DNA from: Fimbriosthenelais zetlandica
Lineage: Eukaryota
Length of the DNA: 64,000 bases
Assembly (NCBI GenBank): GCA_977030845.1
Contig: OZ365110.1
Span: forward strand, 27,776,001 to 27,840,000
Direction of reading: 5' to 3'
The position numbers and the translations under genes were made by a program. Numbering within the stretch: the stretch's first letter is position 1; every line of letters starts with the position of its first letter. The notes under the pieces are model-generated. The model did no database searches, was not told the DNA's origin, and saw only the letters and a list, made by a program, of their open reading frames with translations. Positions 25,639-36,866 of this stretch are shown here, in pieces.

Positions 25639-28600
25639 ATGGGGTGTACGGCCAGTCAAGATGGTAATGTTCAGCAACAGAGACAGAGTAATCAGCCGAG
25701 GCTCAAAGCTGCAGGGGCAGGTCAGGTGCCTTCAGGTCACCAACGAAAGACGTCGGAGCCTGGGACTGCCCCGAGGAAGAAGGTGCGTTCACTCAATCAT
25801 ATATACATCTTTGACTGACTCAATGCATATTCGGTCAATAGTTGTGTCAATAAGGCATCCTAGACCCATATAGTGCCAATATATACAAAACGTATAATAG
25901 ACAATGATCCCTATCTTAAGATATATATTAAAAATAAAATGTACCGGTAGCCTATAATTATTTGTCACTTGCCAAATTGCCAAATTGCAACGAACTGATT
26001 CAACTCCATCCTCATGCTTAATACACGATGTATGGAGGATGAACTTTGTTTAATTTTTTGTTTTAAATATTTGTAAACTTCCAGGATGATGAGGTAACGG
26101 ATATTGAGGTAGGTTAATATTCTCTCACACATTGTATTCGCATAGAGATCCATTAACCGAACCATGTGATTCAGCAGTTGTTGAGAACTGTGGTGATTCA
26201 TTAAATATGAAACATCTGACAATAGCACATATATACCTTACTCTGAACCACTCAAATAGTACATTCATCTTGTACATTGATCTTATAAACTATAGATGCT
26301 GAATGATGAACTAAAATCTAGACCATTTTTGCGCATAATCTGATTCACATACTGTATTCATTGCAAGAGTTTCATGGTGGATTTATAAAAACTAGATTTT
26401 TACATTGGTTTCTGTTTGGGCCGTACGGTAAATCGAAAATTGAATTTATCGCCTTTAAAGTTAGGATTGCTTTGCCCAGTATTGATCCTGACAAGCATTG
26501 ACCTTCTTTTCTGTTTACGGTTACCTAGAGACTCACACAGTGACAGTGGACAGTTCAATACTCGAGTGATTATTATGCACCATGTTTAGAAATGTAAAAA
26601 TATGCTTTTTATTAAAATTTAGAACTGCTATTTCCACAAGAGAATTGCTCTCTCTGTCATTTTTGTAATGTAGGTCCGCGCATACTGTAGTTGCAACACG
26701 TTTGCCAATATTCCAATAAGCAAACATGTTTGCCATGCATGTGCAACAAGCCAAACGTGTACACTTTCGGCGGGAAAAATAGTATTCAATAGATCTATTA
26801 GGTTTTACATGGAGTATAACAAAAAATCCATAAAATTTGCAAAAGTAGCAGTGGGGGAATAACCTTTTTGATTGGAGGGATAAAGGATGCAGTATTAATC
26901 CAGAATCCATTTAACAATTATAGTCGCAGAATCTAGTTAGATTATTACAGCTCCTTGTGCAGTACATTTTCAACAGATGTTTAAAAAAATTGATACCCAA
27001 TGTTGCCATAATTATTTTTGATATTTTCAGAGGGAAGGAAGTTTGTATTTTAAATTTTATAACCCTTTATGGGTTATATTGAGAGGTTTCCTAATGACTG
27101 ATGTTCAACAAAATACGCATGAATGGCACAGAATGCATTTCTGTCAGTATTATTCTGCACAGATATGTTTAACTTTTGAAACTGATGTTGAAAGATGTGC
27201 ACAGTGGTTTCAATAATTCAGTATCATTTCACATGCACCATCTATGCATGCACTTAGAGTCTTGCAATCGGCATTATGTTGAGTATTCTATAATCATTAA
27301 TGCATTTCAATTTCCATTCCTTGGAAATTATATTAGGTTTGCCCATAGTATAATTTTTTATTTAAAACAGATGAATGGGTAAAAAATTGAAATTAAAGGA
27401 TAATCCTATCGATAAACTATACAAGTGGCAGGTGATAAAACTTGATATCATTATGACAGTAAAAGACCTAATTTTTCACGTAAAACAGGACGGTCTGAAT
27501 CCCTTAAAACTTAAAAAAATATTGTCCTATTTCAAGATCAAGAGAGTTAAAATGGACAAAGACATACTGCTCCAATACTTAAAACTTGAGAAGGAGGTTG
27601 GTAAAGTGGAGAGCAAAAATGTTCTGAAAGCGCTCAAAGTCAAAGAAGAGGAACTGAATGAACTCAACATTAGAGTCGCCGATCTCGAGAGGAAGCATCA
27701 ACAGAGTATCCAAGAAACGTTTGTATATTCAAATTTCAGGGGTGTGTCTGTTGCGGGGGGTGGGGGGTGATGGGTATACATGTAGCTCTTATCGGACCTT
27801 GAGCAAATTAAAAACCGAAAATAGAATTATCTTTTAACTCCCTTTGTTTTGAACTGAACTTCAAATTTATAGGGCTAAAGAGAAGGCGGATGTGGACGAG
27901 CTACAGCAACCTTCTGTAAAGCAGTACCTTGAGGAACAAGGACAATATGATAAGGCTTTCACCAAAGAACAGGTAAGGTTTTCTGAAATTTCAGATTCCA
28001 AAAGTTAAGTATTTACTGACATCTTGTTCAGACCTTATTGAATATTAAACGAACTATTTCAGGAAGAATATATAGAGGCATTAAACAGACAGGAGATAGT
28101 GAAGAAAGAATTAGATGGAGCTAAATACACGAGGGATCTGGTGGGTAACGAACTGAACAATCTACAAACGGACACAGCAAAAATAACAGAACTCTACAGA
28201 CAGCAAGATGAACTCCTAGGTATATCCAACCTATCTCGATAAAACAAATTTATGTATATTAATATTCCTTAATCCCTTGAAAGCCTTAATCCCTTGAAGC
28301 GAGTTCTTTGGGCTATAGTTTCCTTTCGGAATAATCTACCAGATACAATATCCAACATCCATATACTACTAAGCGACCAGATACAATGACCCACATCCTA
28401 TACTACTAAACGAATTTTCTCCATTGCAGATTTCACTTTATCACTATGCTTTTTGTTGACGACTATCATAATCTTTTCAGCGGGCATTTTTGATGGGAAG
28501 TATGGTAGCGAGTTGGAATTCTACCTTGAGTCTCAGTTAGACACGCTATTGGAACGAAAACAACGTGTGGGTGTTGCCAAATATAAATGGCAGAATGGAC

Positions 28601-30996
28601 GTGTCCTCCTCCAACATGCATATGACCAACTCGGCCAAGCTGTTATAAAATGGGTGGAATTACACAACCTAAAACCCGAGTAAGAATCGATATTATATAT
28701 TCGATTTATATTAACATTGACCAAACATACATGACCATGCATCTTATCCTCTTCTACTATTCCCGTGATTTTGGCAACTCAAAACGTCCAGATTTAAGAA
28801 ATTGAGTACAGATTTGAGAAGCCTGTGGAACTTGGAAGGGTACTAGTGGTAGAATGTCATATAGATGTGTCGTCTTTCTCTTGTTTAATATAAATTTAGG
28901 TTTGGTAGTGCTGCCACCAGTGGTGAGGTAGAGTACTAGCTCCATCATAACTGGCTTCTTGCTCCTGTCCATCCATACAAGCCATGTCTACTGCCTTAGC
29001 TTATCCTATTCAAAGTTTTGAATTGTGAAATACATTTATTTTATAATATTCTAGCTGTACTGTAAAGGTTATCGTTTAAAATATATTATATATCTTTCAC
29101 CAGCAATGGCAAGGCCCGGTATGCAGTAGCTACAGAAGCCCGTAACAGTCTAGTGGCAGCTCATCAGAATATCAGTAGTGCTCAGCGATACCTGGGTGCT
29201 ATACAATTCCCATACTGTAAACCTGCAGAGCTGGATACCTTACAGCGAGCTACCAGTAATATTTATACTGACATGGCCACTCCGCAACGTCATGCACATG
29301 CCCTAAACTGTTATAAGGTCACCCATAGGAGGACTGGAGCTCTCCTACAATGGTTCGATTATGTGAGTCATGCCCTTTCACTTCCAGAGCACATGAAATC
29401 AAACCCATGATAGAAGAATACATTTTTATGAAATTCATACTTGAAAACATTATTGTAAAGAAGCATTATATACAATGAAGTGCATTTTACGATCTGATTG
29501 TCCGGTTGATTAGGTTGTAGAGAATACTATTATGAAGGACCTGGAACTGTCAGCCATGAATATGGCCACCAAGGAACAGGAGCTAAGGAGGGAACGTCTG
29601 AGATTAATCAAAGCTAAGATCCGAGACGAGTTGGGCGATGATATCAACTTAGATGTTGAGGAGGGTGAGATGATAAATTCCTGTTACATGTTAAATTCCA
29701 TATTGATATAACGACGTATTCTATTTGGAAAGGAATCTTGAAACCCTCAGCAAAATTACAATATCAGCCATTTCCTGAAAATCTGTGCATGTATGTCTCT
29801 TCAGAAGTCCATGAGATAGAGAAAGAGAAGCAGGGGGAGGACGAGCAGGACGGACACCTTGAGGCGGCGAGAGCAATTACAGCGGATGACAAGGTTACTA
29901 CCACTACGCAAACACAGGTCAGTGTCACCCTGGTTTATCATATGTTTTCCCCGTTTTACCTTAATCATCTCTTCTAAATTATATTTATCAAAGTTAATTG
30001 ACTTCTTAGAACATCATTTCATTCATGGTAGGATTATTTCAGTTCATTGTTTCAACATGATTTAATTGTCATTCCAGAGTCGTGAATCAGCTAAACTAAC
30101 CACTACAGAATCAGGGGAGGAGACCGTTCCTTTGCCACCAGAAGAAATGGCTCCCCCACCCACCATGGGTGACATATTTGGTAAGATTCTTGCTATATCA
30201 ATTTGGATTTCTGGGTATTCATGAACACAATTAAGGGACGATGCTAACAAGATATTTGTCGTGTTATCGGAAGACAATATTACAATACTAATAGATCATG
30301 AAGTCATTTTCAATTAATTTAACTTCTTGTTTTTTTATTATTAACATACTCATCAGAAGGGGAAGGTATACTCGAAATACAACTTTTTAATTATTCTGTC
30401 CCTCTTATATTACAAATAATGTCTACGAAATTAGTACATGTATTAAGTATAGCCATAACATTAAGAATTGCTTATTAATGTTCCACTATATTTCCACATT
30501 TTCTTTAGTGTGTACGTAATTATCCTTTTGTCTTTCACCTTCACATCAATTTCTTTCTCAAGCAATTTGAAATAATGCATTTTCATGAACACCAACAATT
30601 CTAGCTCCCTTTACTTATAGCTTTCGTTTTTCTCAGTCCAACCGTTTTACCAATGAAGATCTATAGAATATGAAATGAACCGGGTCCACTAATTCCTCCA
30701 AGTAAAAAATCCTAATTAACATAGGTTATTATATTATGGGGCCATAAATCCCATTTTATCTTGTGAATAGTTAATATATTCGTTTACTTCGATTCTGTAA
30801 TGCAAGGCCCATATTTGCAGGCAATATAGAAGAGTTAAAGAAACAACATGAGCGGGAGATGGAGGAATATAAGAAATCACAAGAGTTAAACAAGGCGAGA
30901 ATTGATCAAGGACTCCAGGAAAAACTGCGGGCAAGGCTGAGCCGGAGAAAGCGACAATTAGCTCAGGAACAAGCTGAAACCACTAAATCTATGTGA
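25639..30996 (+). CDS. Uncharacterised coiled-coil protein with an N-terminal MGCTAS acylation motif, 10 coding exons, about 527 aa
   Basis: Exons 25639-25782, 27537-27718, 27873-27972, 28063-28219, 28481-28679, 29104-29362, 29514-29664, 29805-29917, 30078-30180, 30821-30996 (TGA); every junction is GT-AG and phase-consistent. Heptad/EKR-rich helices; globular middle region GIFDGKYGSELE...YPYCK-like segment QFPYCKP...ALLQWFDY; C-terminal LQEKLRARLSRRKR. Confidence 0.85.
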
Positions 30997-31579
30997 TAAT
31001 ATTGTTAAAGCGATTTGAGAATCTATAGAACTACTATACTGTACATAAATGCTGCAATTAGGCCTAGTCTGAAATGAAAAAGGTTCTCCCTATTTCTGAT
31101 TCATGGTTTTTCTTTCCATAATGAATATTATTATAGAGTATTATAGCCCTAAAGATGTTCAATTTAAATTTTTAGTGTCTCATGAGTTTTATAAATTTTA
31201 CAAAGGGCCTACCAATTAAAATTAGCATTAACCATAGAACTGTACTATATATTTGTTCCCGGGATTTGTTATGCATTAAACTACCGGTATATTTACTGTA
31301 AATGTTTCAAAAAAATATTAGGTCTATATCTTTTGGCCTAACTGTGTGATAGGCCTACAAATGACACCCCTAAAGCGCATTAGCCTGATTAGGAGTGTGT
31401 GGGGTTATTTTCTAAATTTTTAATCCTCAAAACTGGTAAAAGCAAAATAGCCAGGCCTTTCAGAAAATTAGCATAGGCCTATCCTTTCATCCAGAGAAAT
31501 TATTTTTCAAATAAGCCTAGGCCGTTTAGTAGTGGTACCGGTAGGCCTATCATGGCCTATATTATGCTAAATAGGCTTC

Positions 31580-31969
31580 CCCCCATCGGTGACGTGGAAA
31601 CACTGTTCTGGGGAAATACCGCGCTTTCTGATGACGTCATACAAAATACCGTGCACAACTTCCTGTGACATCATAGGAAGTTGTGCACAACGTCATAGGA
31701 AGTTGTGCACAACGTCATAAGAAGTTGTGCACACAATTTCCTGTGACGTCACACACAATCATGGATTCCACCACCGCGGCGATCGTTCAGAAAAAAAGTT
31801 CATTGGAAAAAAAGTATATATCTTCTTCAGGGTTTTGGGAGGCAAACTGTGGTGAAAACAAATGCCACTAGATCTATATAAAAGTATGACGGTGTAAAAA
31901 ATCAGAGCAATCCGTCCAGTGGTTTGGGAGGAGTTACGTATAATCACACTTTTCGAGTTAGAGTATTAG
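31580..31969 (-). mobile_element. Non-autonomous Helitron-like repeat, interrupted by the LTR element; its terminal 12 bp lie at 44078-44089
   Basis: Removing the LTR element and one TSD gives a minus-strand A|TCTATATACTAATACTCT... start followed by ACTGGACGGATTGCTCTGATTTTTT, resembling Lep1-type Helitron 5' ends. No 3' hairpin/CTAG end was found, so the left boundary is approximate. Confidence 0.4.
31651..31752. repeat. 22-bp tandem repeat (about 2.8 copies) with inverted copies
   Basis: Unit TCATAGGAAGTTGTGCACAACG at 31671, 31693 and 31715 (partial); inverted copy at 31651-31668 forms an 18-bp hairpin; CRE octamers at 31632-31639 and 31744-31751. Confidence 0.85.
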
Positions 31970-32819
31970 TGTAGTGACCCACGGGAAATAAAGACCGACA
32001 AATAATTAGTATTCGTACCGGACCTTGACATTTATTAAACCACAGATACTAACAAGACATTTGCAGGCTGTTTTGGCAGACGCACAAAAGAGAACCAGTG
32101 GTAGTCAAGTAACCACACTTCTTACAGAGTCAACGGATGCGGTCGGTTCCAATCCCGTTCCGGGAACGAGATATGGATCCGGCCGGCATCCGGCAAACTA
32201 CTTAAAAGGAAGCGATATACTCCATGCCGGTTGAGCCGAAGACCTTGATGTCTTCAGCCCGGCAAAGGAGTAATCCTGAATCTCTATTAGCTGGTTACAT
32301 CGAAATACCTGAAAGCAACCTCTGGTATAATATCAATGCAAACATAAGGTTAATGGTTCACTAACTCCTAGGAATTCGGAGTTCGGAACCCCTAGAAAAA
32401 CTACTAGGAACCCTTGGAACCCACAGGCACACTGGGAACCCTTATACAAAGTGACCAAGGTCCTACTGAAATGACTATCCCATACAGCATTATGGTGTAG
32501 GAATGAAAGTAGTTAAATAAAATAAGTTATTATACATCAAGTTGCATGATTTAACATAAGTGTAAATACAAATGTAGACAGCAAGCACACTTCTAGGATT
32601 AAGCTATTAACATGAGCATGACATTGTGAGAGTTTATAGCTTAAGAGAGAGTGAAATGTTTATAATGAAAATAATAACTACAAAAAGCATAGCAGCAAAG
32701 CGCGCGTACTAGCTAACGGGCAGGTGTTGAACTAAATAAGCACTCAGGTGAGACAAAGATGCTTAGTACTGTATACTGTCTATAGAGGTAGCAGCGGCAG
32801 AGGCACTGAATTCATTACA
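31970..32819 (-). repeat. 3' LTR (850 bp)
   Basis: No difference from 43228-44077 found in a base-by-base reading; minus-strand AATAAA at 32031-32036. Confidence 0.97.
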
Positions 32820-32822
32820 ATG

Positions 32823-32831
32823 CCCCCTTCT
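32823..32831 (-). other. Polypurine tract
   Basis: AGAAGGGGG on the minus strand, 3 nt before the 3' LTR. Confidence 0.8.
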
Positions 32832-33435
32832 AACTTCGGACGGAGAACACCACGTTCGCAGTCCCGCTGAAGTGACAAGAGTCTATAGTTCATGGCGAAG
32901 CCGCGCTCTGACAGTACAGGAATGGAGTGTCTTTGTTAACAAAAGATGCGAGGGCGAGCCCGAGAACTGGAATACACAATGTTCTTGTAGATGGTGATGG
33001 AGGAATCACTGTCTATATGACTAAAGGGAATACTACGTGGAGAGTCTGAGTCCGGCGAAACATTGTTCTCGTAGGTGGTGATGTATACTACAAAACCCGA
33101 CTTGGACACAGATAATGTGTATAGTATTCTCCTACAAGGTTCTATGATGACTAACACACAGTCCTGAAAAGGACTCCCCTGGGTTTCACAAGGGTACGAA
33201 TCCTACAAACTCCACGCTCGTGCACAGAGAGTGCCCGAACCCGGGGTGGAAGACGATCCCACGACGGCCGACGAGCTCCTAACCAAGCCATGCTCACAGA
33301 GAACAACGGTGAACAAGATGGCGGATGAAGACGATGAGGAGAGATGGTGGACCAGCCACGCTATCTCAGCTGTCACACATGGCACGGATGAGGTGAAAGA
33401 GTGCCGGGCCGGCAAGAGGATGGAAGGATGCCGGG

Positions 33436-35853
33436 TTAGACGTCGGTCTCACGGCCAGCCGGGTGGTCAGTGCCGGGTGGCGAGGACGGGGAGGAGGATC
33501 CGGCCCCTGAAGATGGCGAAGCTTCAGGAGCGCCCAACTGAATGTCCGTAGTCATCTGGGCGAGCCGGCTCAGGTCCCCGGGGGTCGCTGAGTCGGACTC
33601 GTCCCCACTCTGTAACAGAGCATCTTCATCAAAGTTCTCATCTCTAAGCGGCATCCCGGCAGTGACTTGTTGCAGCAGGGAGATGCCGGCGTAGGGGTGA
33701 GAATCGTCCACTACCACCTCTTGAGCGGCCGGCAGAAGAGGAGTAGGAAGGACCACTGGAGTTGGATCCGGTAGGATCAGAAAGTCCACTGGAGTAGAGT
33801 CGACAGGCGCTTTACTGACAGTGGCCGCAGGGATAGGCTTTACTCCGGGAGGAAGGGAGCCAGTCGCCTGCTTCTTCATAATCAACTCAGCCGCCCGGCC
33901 CATCAGAGGAGTAGGTCGGGAGGTTACTTCTGCTAACCTGAGCGGAGTGGAAGTGCCGCGAGGCGTTTCTGTCCGGACAGGTGGTCTTGAAGTACCGAGG
34001 GTAGCAGCATAAGAAGCCGCAGGCACCACAGGTACTGGAGGATCGGGAAGAACTACTGCCGGGGCCGGGGCCGGGGCAGCCGCACCCAACAACTCTGGAG
34101 AGGTGTCCATGAAGGCCTGCCACTCCGGAGGAACGTTGATGGCGGAGAGGTTCTTCTCCATCAGTTGTTCCTCTAGTTGCTGGATAGTAGTATCCCTTCG
34201 TTTCATGGCGGCTTGCAAGGACTGGTTTTTGACCTTCTCGCGGGAGAGCTCCACGTGAAGGACAGCGACCTGGGCTTGAAGCTGCATAACCCGTTGCTCC
34301 GCGGAGGAGGAGATGGTCTCTTCCACTCGGCGACGAGTCGTCTTCATGGCCTGCTCGGCTAACGTTTCCATCGAGGTTGCCAGTCGCCTAGCTTCCTCGA
34401 CGAACCCACCGAGCTGGACTTGCATGGCCGAGCAGATCCCGTCCACGGCCTGGGCTGCAGAGAGGGTCTGGCTGGGGCCAGCTGCCGGCGTCGCGGAAGG
34501 TACCGCGGCCGCCGGGGCTGATGGCTGCTTTGGCGGTGCCGGACGGGGCACAGCCTGCCGGGCCGGAGCAGGAGCAGAGGCGGCTGCCGGGGTGGCGAGC
34601 TTCTTCTGTTTGCTTGGGCCTGGTTTCTTCATCGGTGGACGCGTAGTTACCACGGCCATCACTGAGGGTGGGGCCTGGTAAACAGCTTCCAGTGGAGACC
34701 TGCGTTTCGGTGCTCCACCACCTGGAGATGACACGGGGTCGTAGCCGGCCTTCCTCTTCCGGGGGATGGAGTAGGAGGGTGGAGGGCCAAAGACCTCAGG
34801 TGCCATTCCGGCGATCTTCTTGTATTCAGCCAAGCCTAGGGCGTTGACTTTAGAAAAGGCCCGGTTCGGCTTCAGCACCGGGTTGGTGTTGTAGGCACGA
34901 GCTAGGCTATCCTTTCTACTCGACTTGTGGCGGCCTTCCTCACGGAGACGTCCATGCCGGCCGAGGTCGACTCGGCGGTCCATCTCCCAGCCACAGTTTT
35001 GAAAATAACAGACGTAGACATCTTGCCCGGGGGCGTGTACTTCACACAGATGTCTGTATAGCCTGTCTTCAGTAAAATAGCGCCGCACCTTCCCGTTCGC
35101 ACTCTGTCCTGGGGACCGGCAGATCATGAAGGGGCAGCGGTAGCCGGGACGCCACAGGGTATGTGCCAGTTCCAGCTTTTTCCATACCTGAGGGGTGTAC
35201 TTGGGCCACCAAGAAACGCCCTCTGGTTTGGTCTTAATATCCAGTAGTTCGGTGTACCGAGCTTTGTAGAGAGAGAGCCGCTGATCTAGGTACTCGCTCT
35301 CATCATCACTCTCCTTCTCCTCATCAAAGCCGGGACGTTCCGTAGGATGGTCCGGATTCATGGGGAGGCAGTCGGTGACATCTTTAGGTGTGTAGAAGCT
35401 CATGGGGAGGTCTTCGAACTTCCATACCCGGCGAGGGATGGGTCGTTTGTCCTCATGGCACCATCGCGGAGTGTTGACAGTCAACTTCTCCGGATGTTTC
35501 TGATTCAGCCGCAGTTCCTCAGCCGGCGGAGGGAGGTCCTCGCCGGGAGCAGTCACCGGGGCCGTAGAGCTCGGAAGAGGTGAAGAGGGAGCTTTATCCT
35601 TAGCCTTCTTCTTCTTCTTCTTCGCCTTCTTGCGGGTAGAAGCAGTCGCCTGTTCTGCCGCAAGGAATCCTTCGTCCAGTCCAGTAGCCGGGGACGGAGT
35701 CTCCTGCTGCTGGGGTGCTGCCGGGGCAGCTTCTTCGTGAGATACAGGATCCGGCTGGGGAGCCGTCTCCTGCACCGATGGAGCGGTAACTTCCATCGCC
35801 TCTTCCACAGAAGCGACGGGACCGTCCGGCACAGCGAGCTGTGCACTAGCCAT
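33436..35853 (-). CDS. Retrotransposon ORF3: 805-aa non-env protein with two C2H2-like zinc fingers, NLS-like tracts, a coiled coil and Pro/acidic disordered regions
   Basis: Open for 2418 nt, in the same sense as gag-pol. Finger 1: YRCPFMIC...YFTEDRLYRHLCEVH. Finger 2: YVCYFQNCGWEMDRRVDLGRH...H (fingers at about 35142-34927). Basic tracts RKKAKKKKKKAK, PRKRK, PKRR. Heptad region about 34400-34150. No signal peptide, TM helix or furin-site/fusion-peptide arrangement is visible. Confidence 0.88.
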   Translation of the reverse strand: MASAQLAVPDGPVASVEEAMEVTAPSVQETAPQPDPVSHEEAAPAAPQQQETPSPATGLDEGFLAAEQATASTRKKAKKKKKKAKDKAPSSPLPSSTAPVTAPGEDLPPPAEELRLNQKHPEKLTVNTPRWCHEDKRPIPRRVWKFEDLPMSFYTPKDVTDCLPMNPDHPTERPGFDEEKESDDESEYLDQRLSLYKARYTELLDIKTKPEGVSWWPKYTPQVWKKLELAHTLWRPGYRCPFMICRSPGQSANGKVRRYFTEDRLYRHLCEVHAPGQDVYVCYFQNCGWEMDRRVDLGRHGRLREEGRHKSSRKDSLARAYNTNPVLKPNRAFSKVNALGLAEYKKIAGMAPEVFGPPPSYSIPRKRKAGYDPVSSPGGGAPKRRSPLEAVYQAPPSVMAVVTTRPPMKKPGPSKQKKLATPAAASAPAPARQAVPRPAPPKQPSAPAAAVPSATPAAGPSQTLSAAQAVDGICSAMQVQLGGFVEEARRLATSMETLAEQAMKTTRRRVEETISSSAEQRVMQLQAQVAVLHVELSREKVKNQSLQAAMKRRDTTIQQLEEQLMEKNLSAINVPPEWQAFMDTSPELLGAAAPAPAPAVVLPDPPVPVVPAASYAATLGTSRPPVRTETPRGTSTPLRLAEVTSRPTPLMGRAAELIMKKQATGSLPPGVKPIPAATVSKAPVDSTPVDFLILPDPTPVVLPTPLLPAAQEVVVDDSHPYAGISLLQQVTAGMPLRDENFDEDALLQSGDESDSATPGDLSRLAQMTTDIQLGAPEASPSSGAGSSSPSSPPGTDHPAGRETDV

Positions 35854-35934
35854 AGGGCTATTCGTTCAAGACAACACACTACCGGGATGCCGGGGATCAG
35901 TCAGGCGTGACGAGTGTAACTTTGCGTAAGGGAC

Positions 35935-36108
35935 CTACAAAAACCAAGAAAAACACCAGAAATTACTAATAATTCGGTTACAATTTTTGGCTCCGTAGAT
36001 GCCTAAGACACTCATACACAGAATGATCACAAAATGTGTTGTTCAACATACAATAATATGAGTAAAACATGCAAAAATAGAGCGGTAGAAACACAGCGTG
36101 ATACTCAC
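35935..36108 (-). other. Spliceosomal intron (174 nt) in the 5' leader of ORF3
   Basis: Minus strand CT|GTGAGTAT ... TTTCTGGTGTTTTTCTTGGTTTTTGTAG|GTCC; AT-rich interior within GC-rich flanks; ORF3 ATG lies 81 nt after the acceptor. Confidence 0.7.
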
Positions 36109-36866
36109 AGGTTCAAGTAAAAAGCGGAAGTGACTCTGGGTAGAGGTGCCGGAAAGCGTGAGAGTGTTTGTCGTAAAAACTACCGACCCTCTTACTCGTC
36201 ACATCTTTCCCTATGGCCTGCAAAAACCTCAATGAGTCCTACTCCCTACGAGAACCTAGTGTCACGTGGCTCCTGTGATCCAGACCTTCTTCGAATGGAT
36301 CCGCCTACTGCATAAATTTTACAACATCCTCCAATGACCTAACCGGGTCACCGTGACCTACTTCCTACCCGCCTCTACCCTCTTTCATGAAACAAGTGGG
36401 CGTGTTATGATCACGGCCGTACCACGGCTTTATTGGTCAAAAGAATCTTCATACCCGTTCATAGGTAGGAATTTAATGTCTTATAAAAGTCAGGAGGGCT
36501 GCCACGAAGGGGCGGCCTCTTCTCATCCTGATTGACAGGACCACATGGATCTGTCACTTCATACTGTTTGGTCCGGCACGCAGGATGCATTCATTATCGC
36601 CCAGCCGAGCAGCCATTCCTTTGAATTTGTCAAAGTCTCGTCCAGCTGACTAGCCGTCACCGGGTTGGATTCGTGCAAACTCATGCCGGGACAGGTACTG
36701 GGACTGGTTGCCAGTAGGGAATACCTTGCCGGCAGCCCGTCCTCGGAGCCTGACTCGCAAAAAGAGGGTAAGTCAAATTGCAAAATATCTTAGGTTTTCT
36801 TCATGCTTCATAAGTACTTCTCGTTGTGTGATTTTATTCTCTATCTTCGTATAGTGGTAGTAAATA

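Noticed and set aside
25965-26910. Minus-strand 87-aa and 125-aa ORFs in the coiled-coil gene intron
   Set aside because: AT-rich, no recognisable motif and no coherent exon chain.
28757-28972. Nested antisense 71-aa ORF in an intron
   Set aside because: In-frame stop just upstream, no credible acceptor in frame and no recognisable domain.
31651-31752. CRISPR-like array
   Set aside because: Repeats are directly abutting with no unique spacers, in eukaryotic context with no cas genes.
32025-32234. Duplicated 69-aa ORF (also 43283-43492)
   Set aside because: Incidental antisense ORF within the identical LTRs; TTG start and no motif.
33436-35853. ORF3 as an env gene (endogenous errantivirus)
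   Set aside because: No hydrophobic N-terminal signal, no C-terminal TM anchor and no furin site followed by a fusion peptide; the composition and motifs are those of a nuclear protein.
36559-36783. 74-aa sense ORF after pol as a fourth gene
   Set aside because: Short, TTG-initiated, low-complexity and with no motif; cannot be distinguished from chance in GC-rich DNA.
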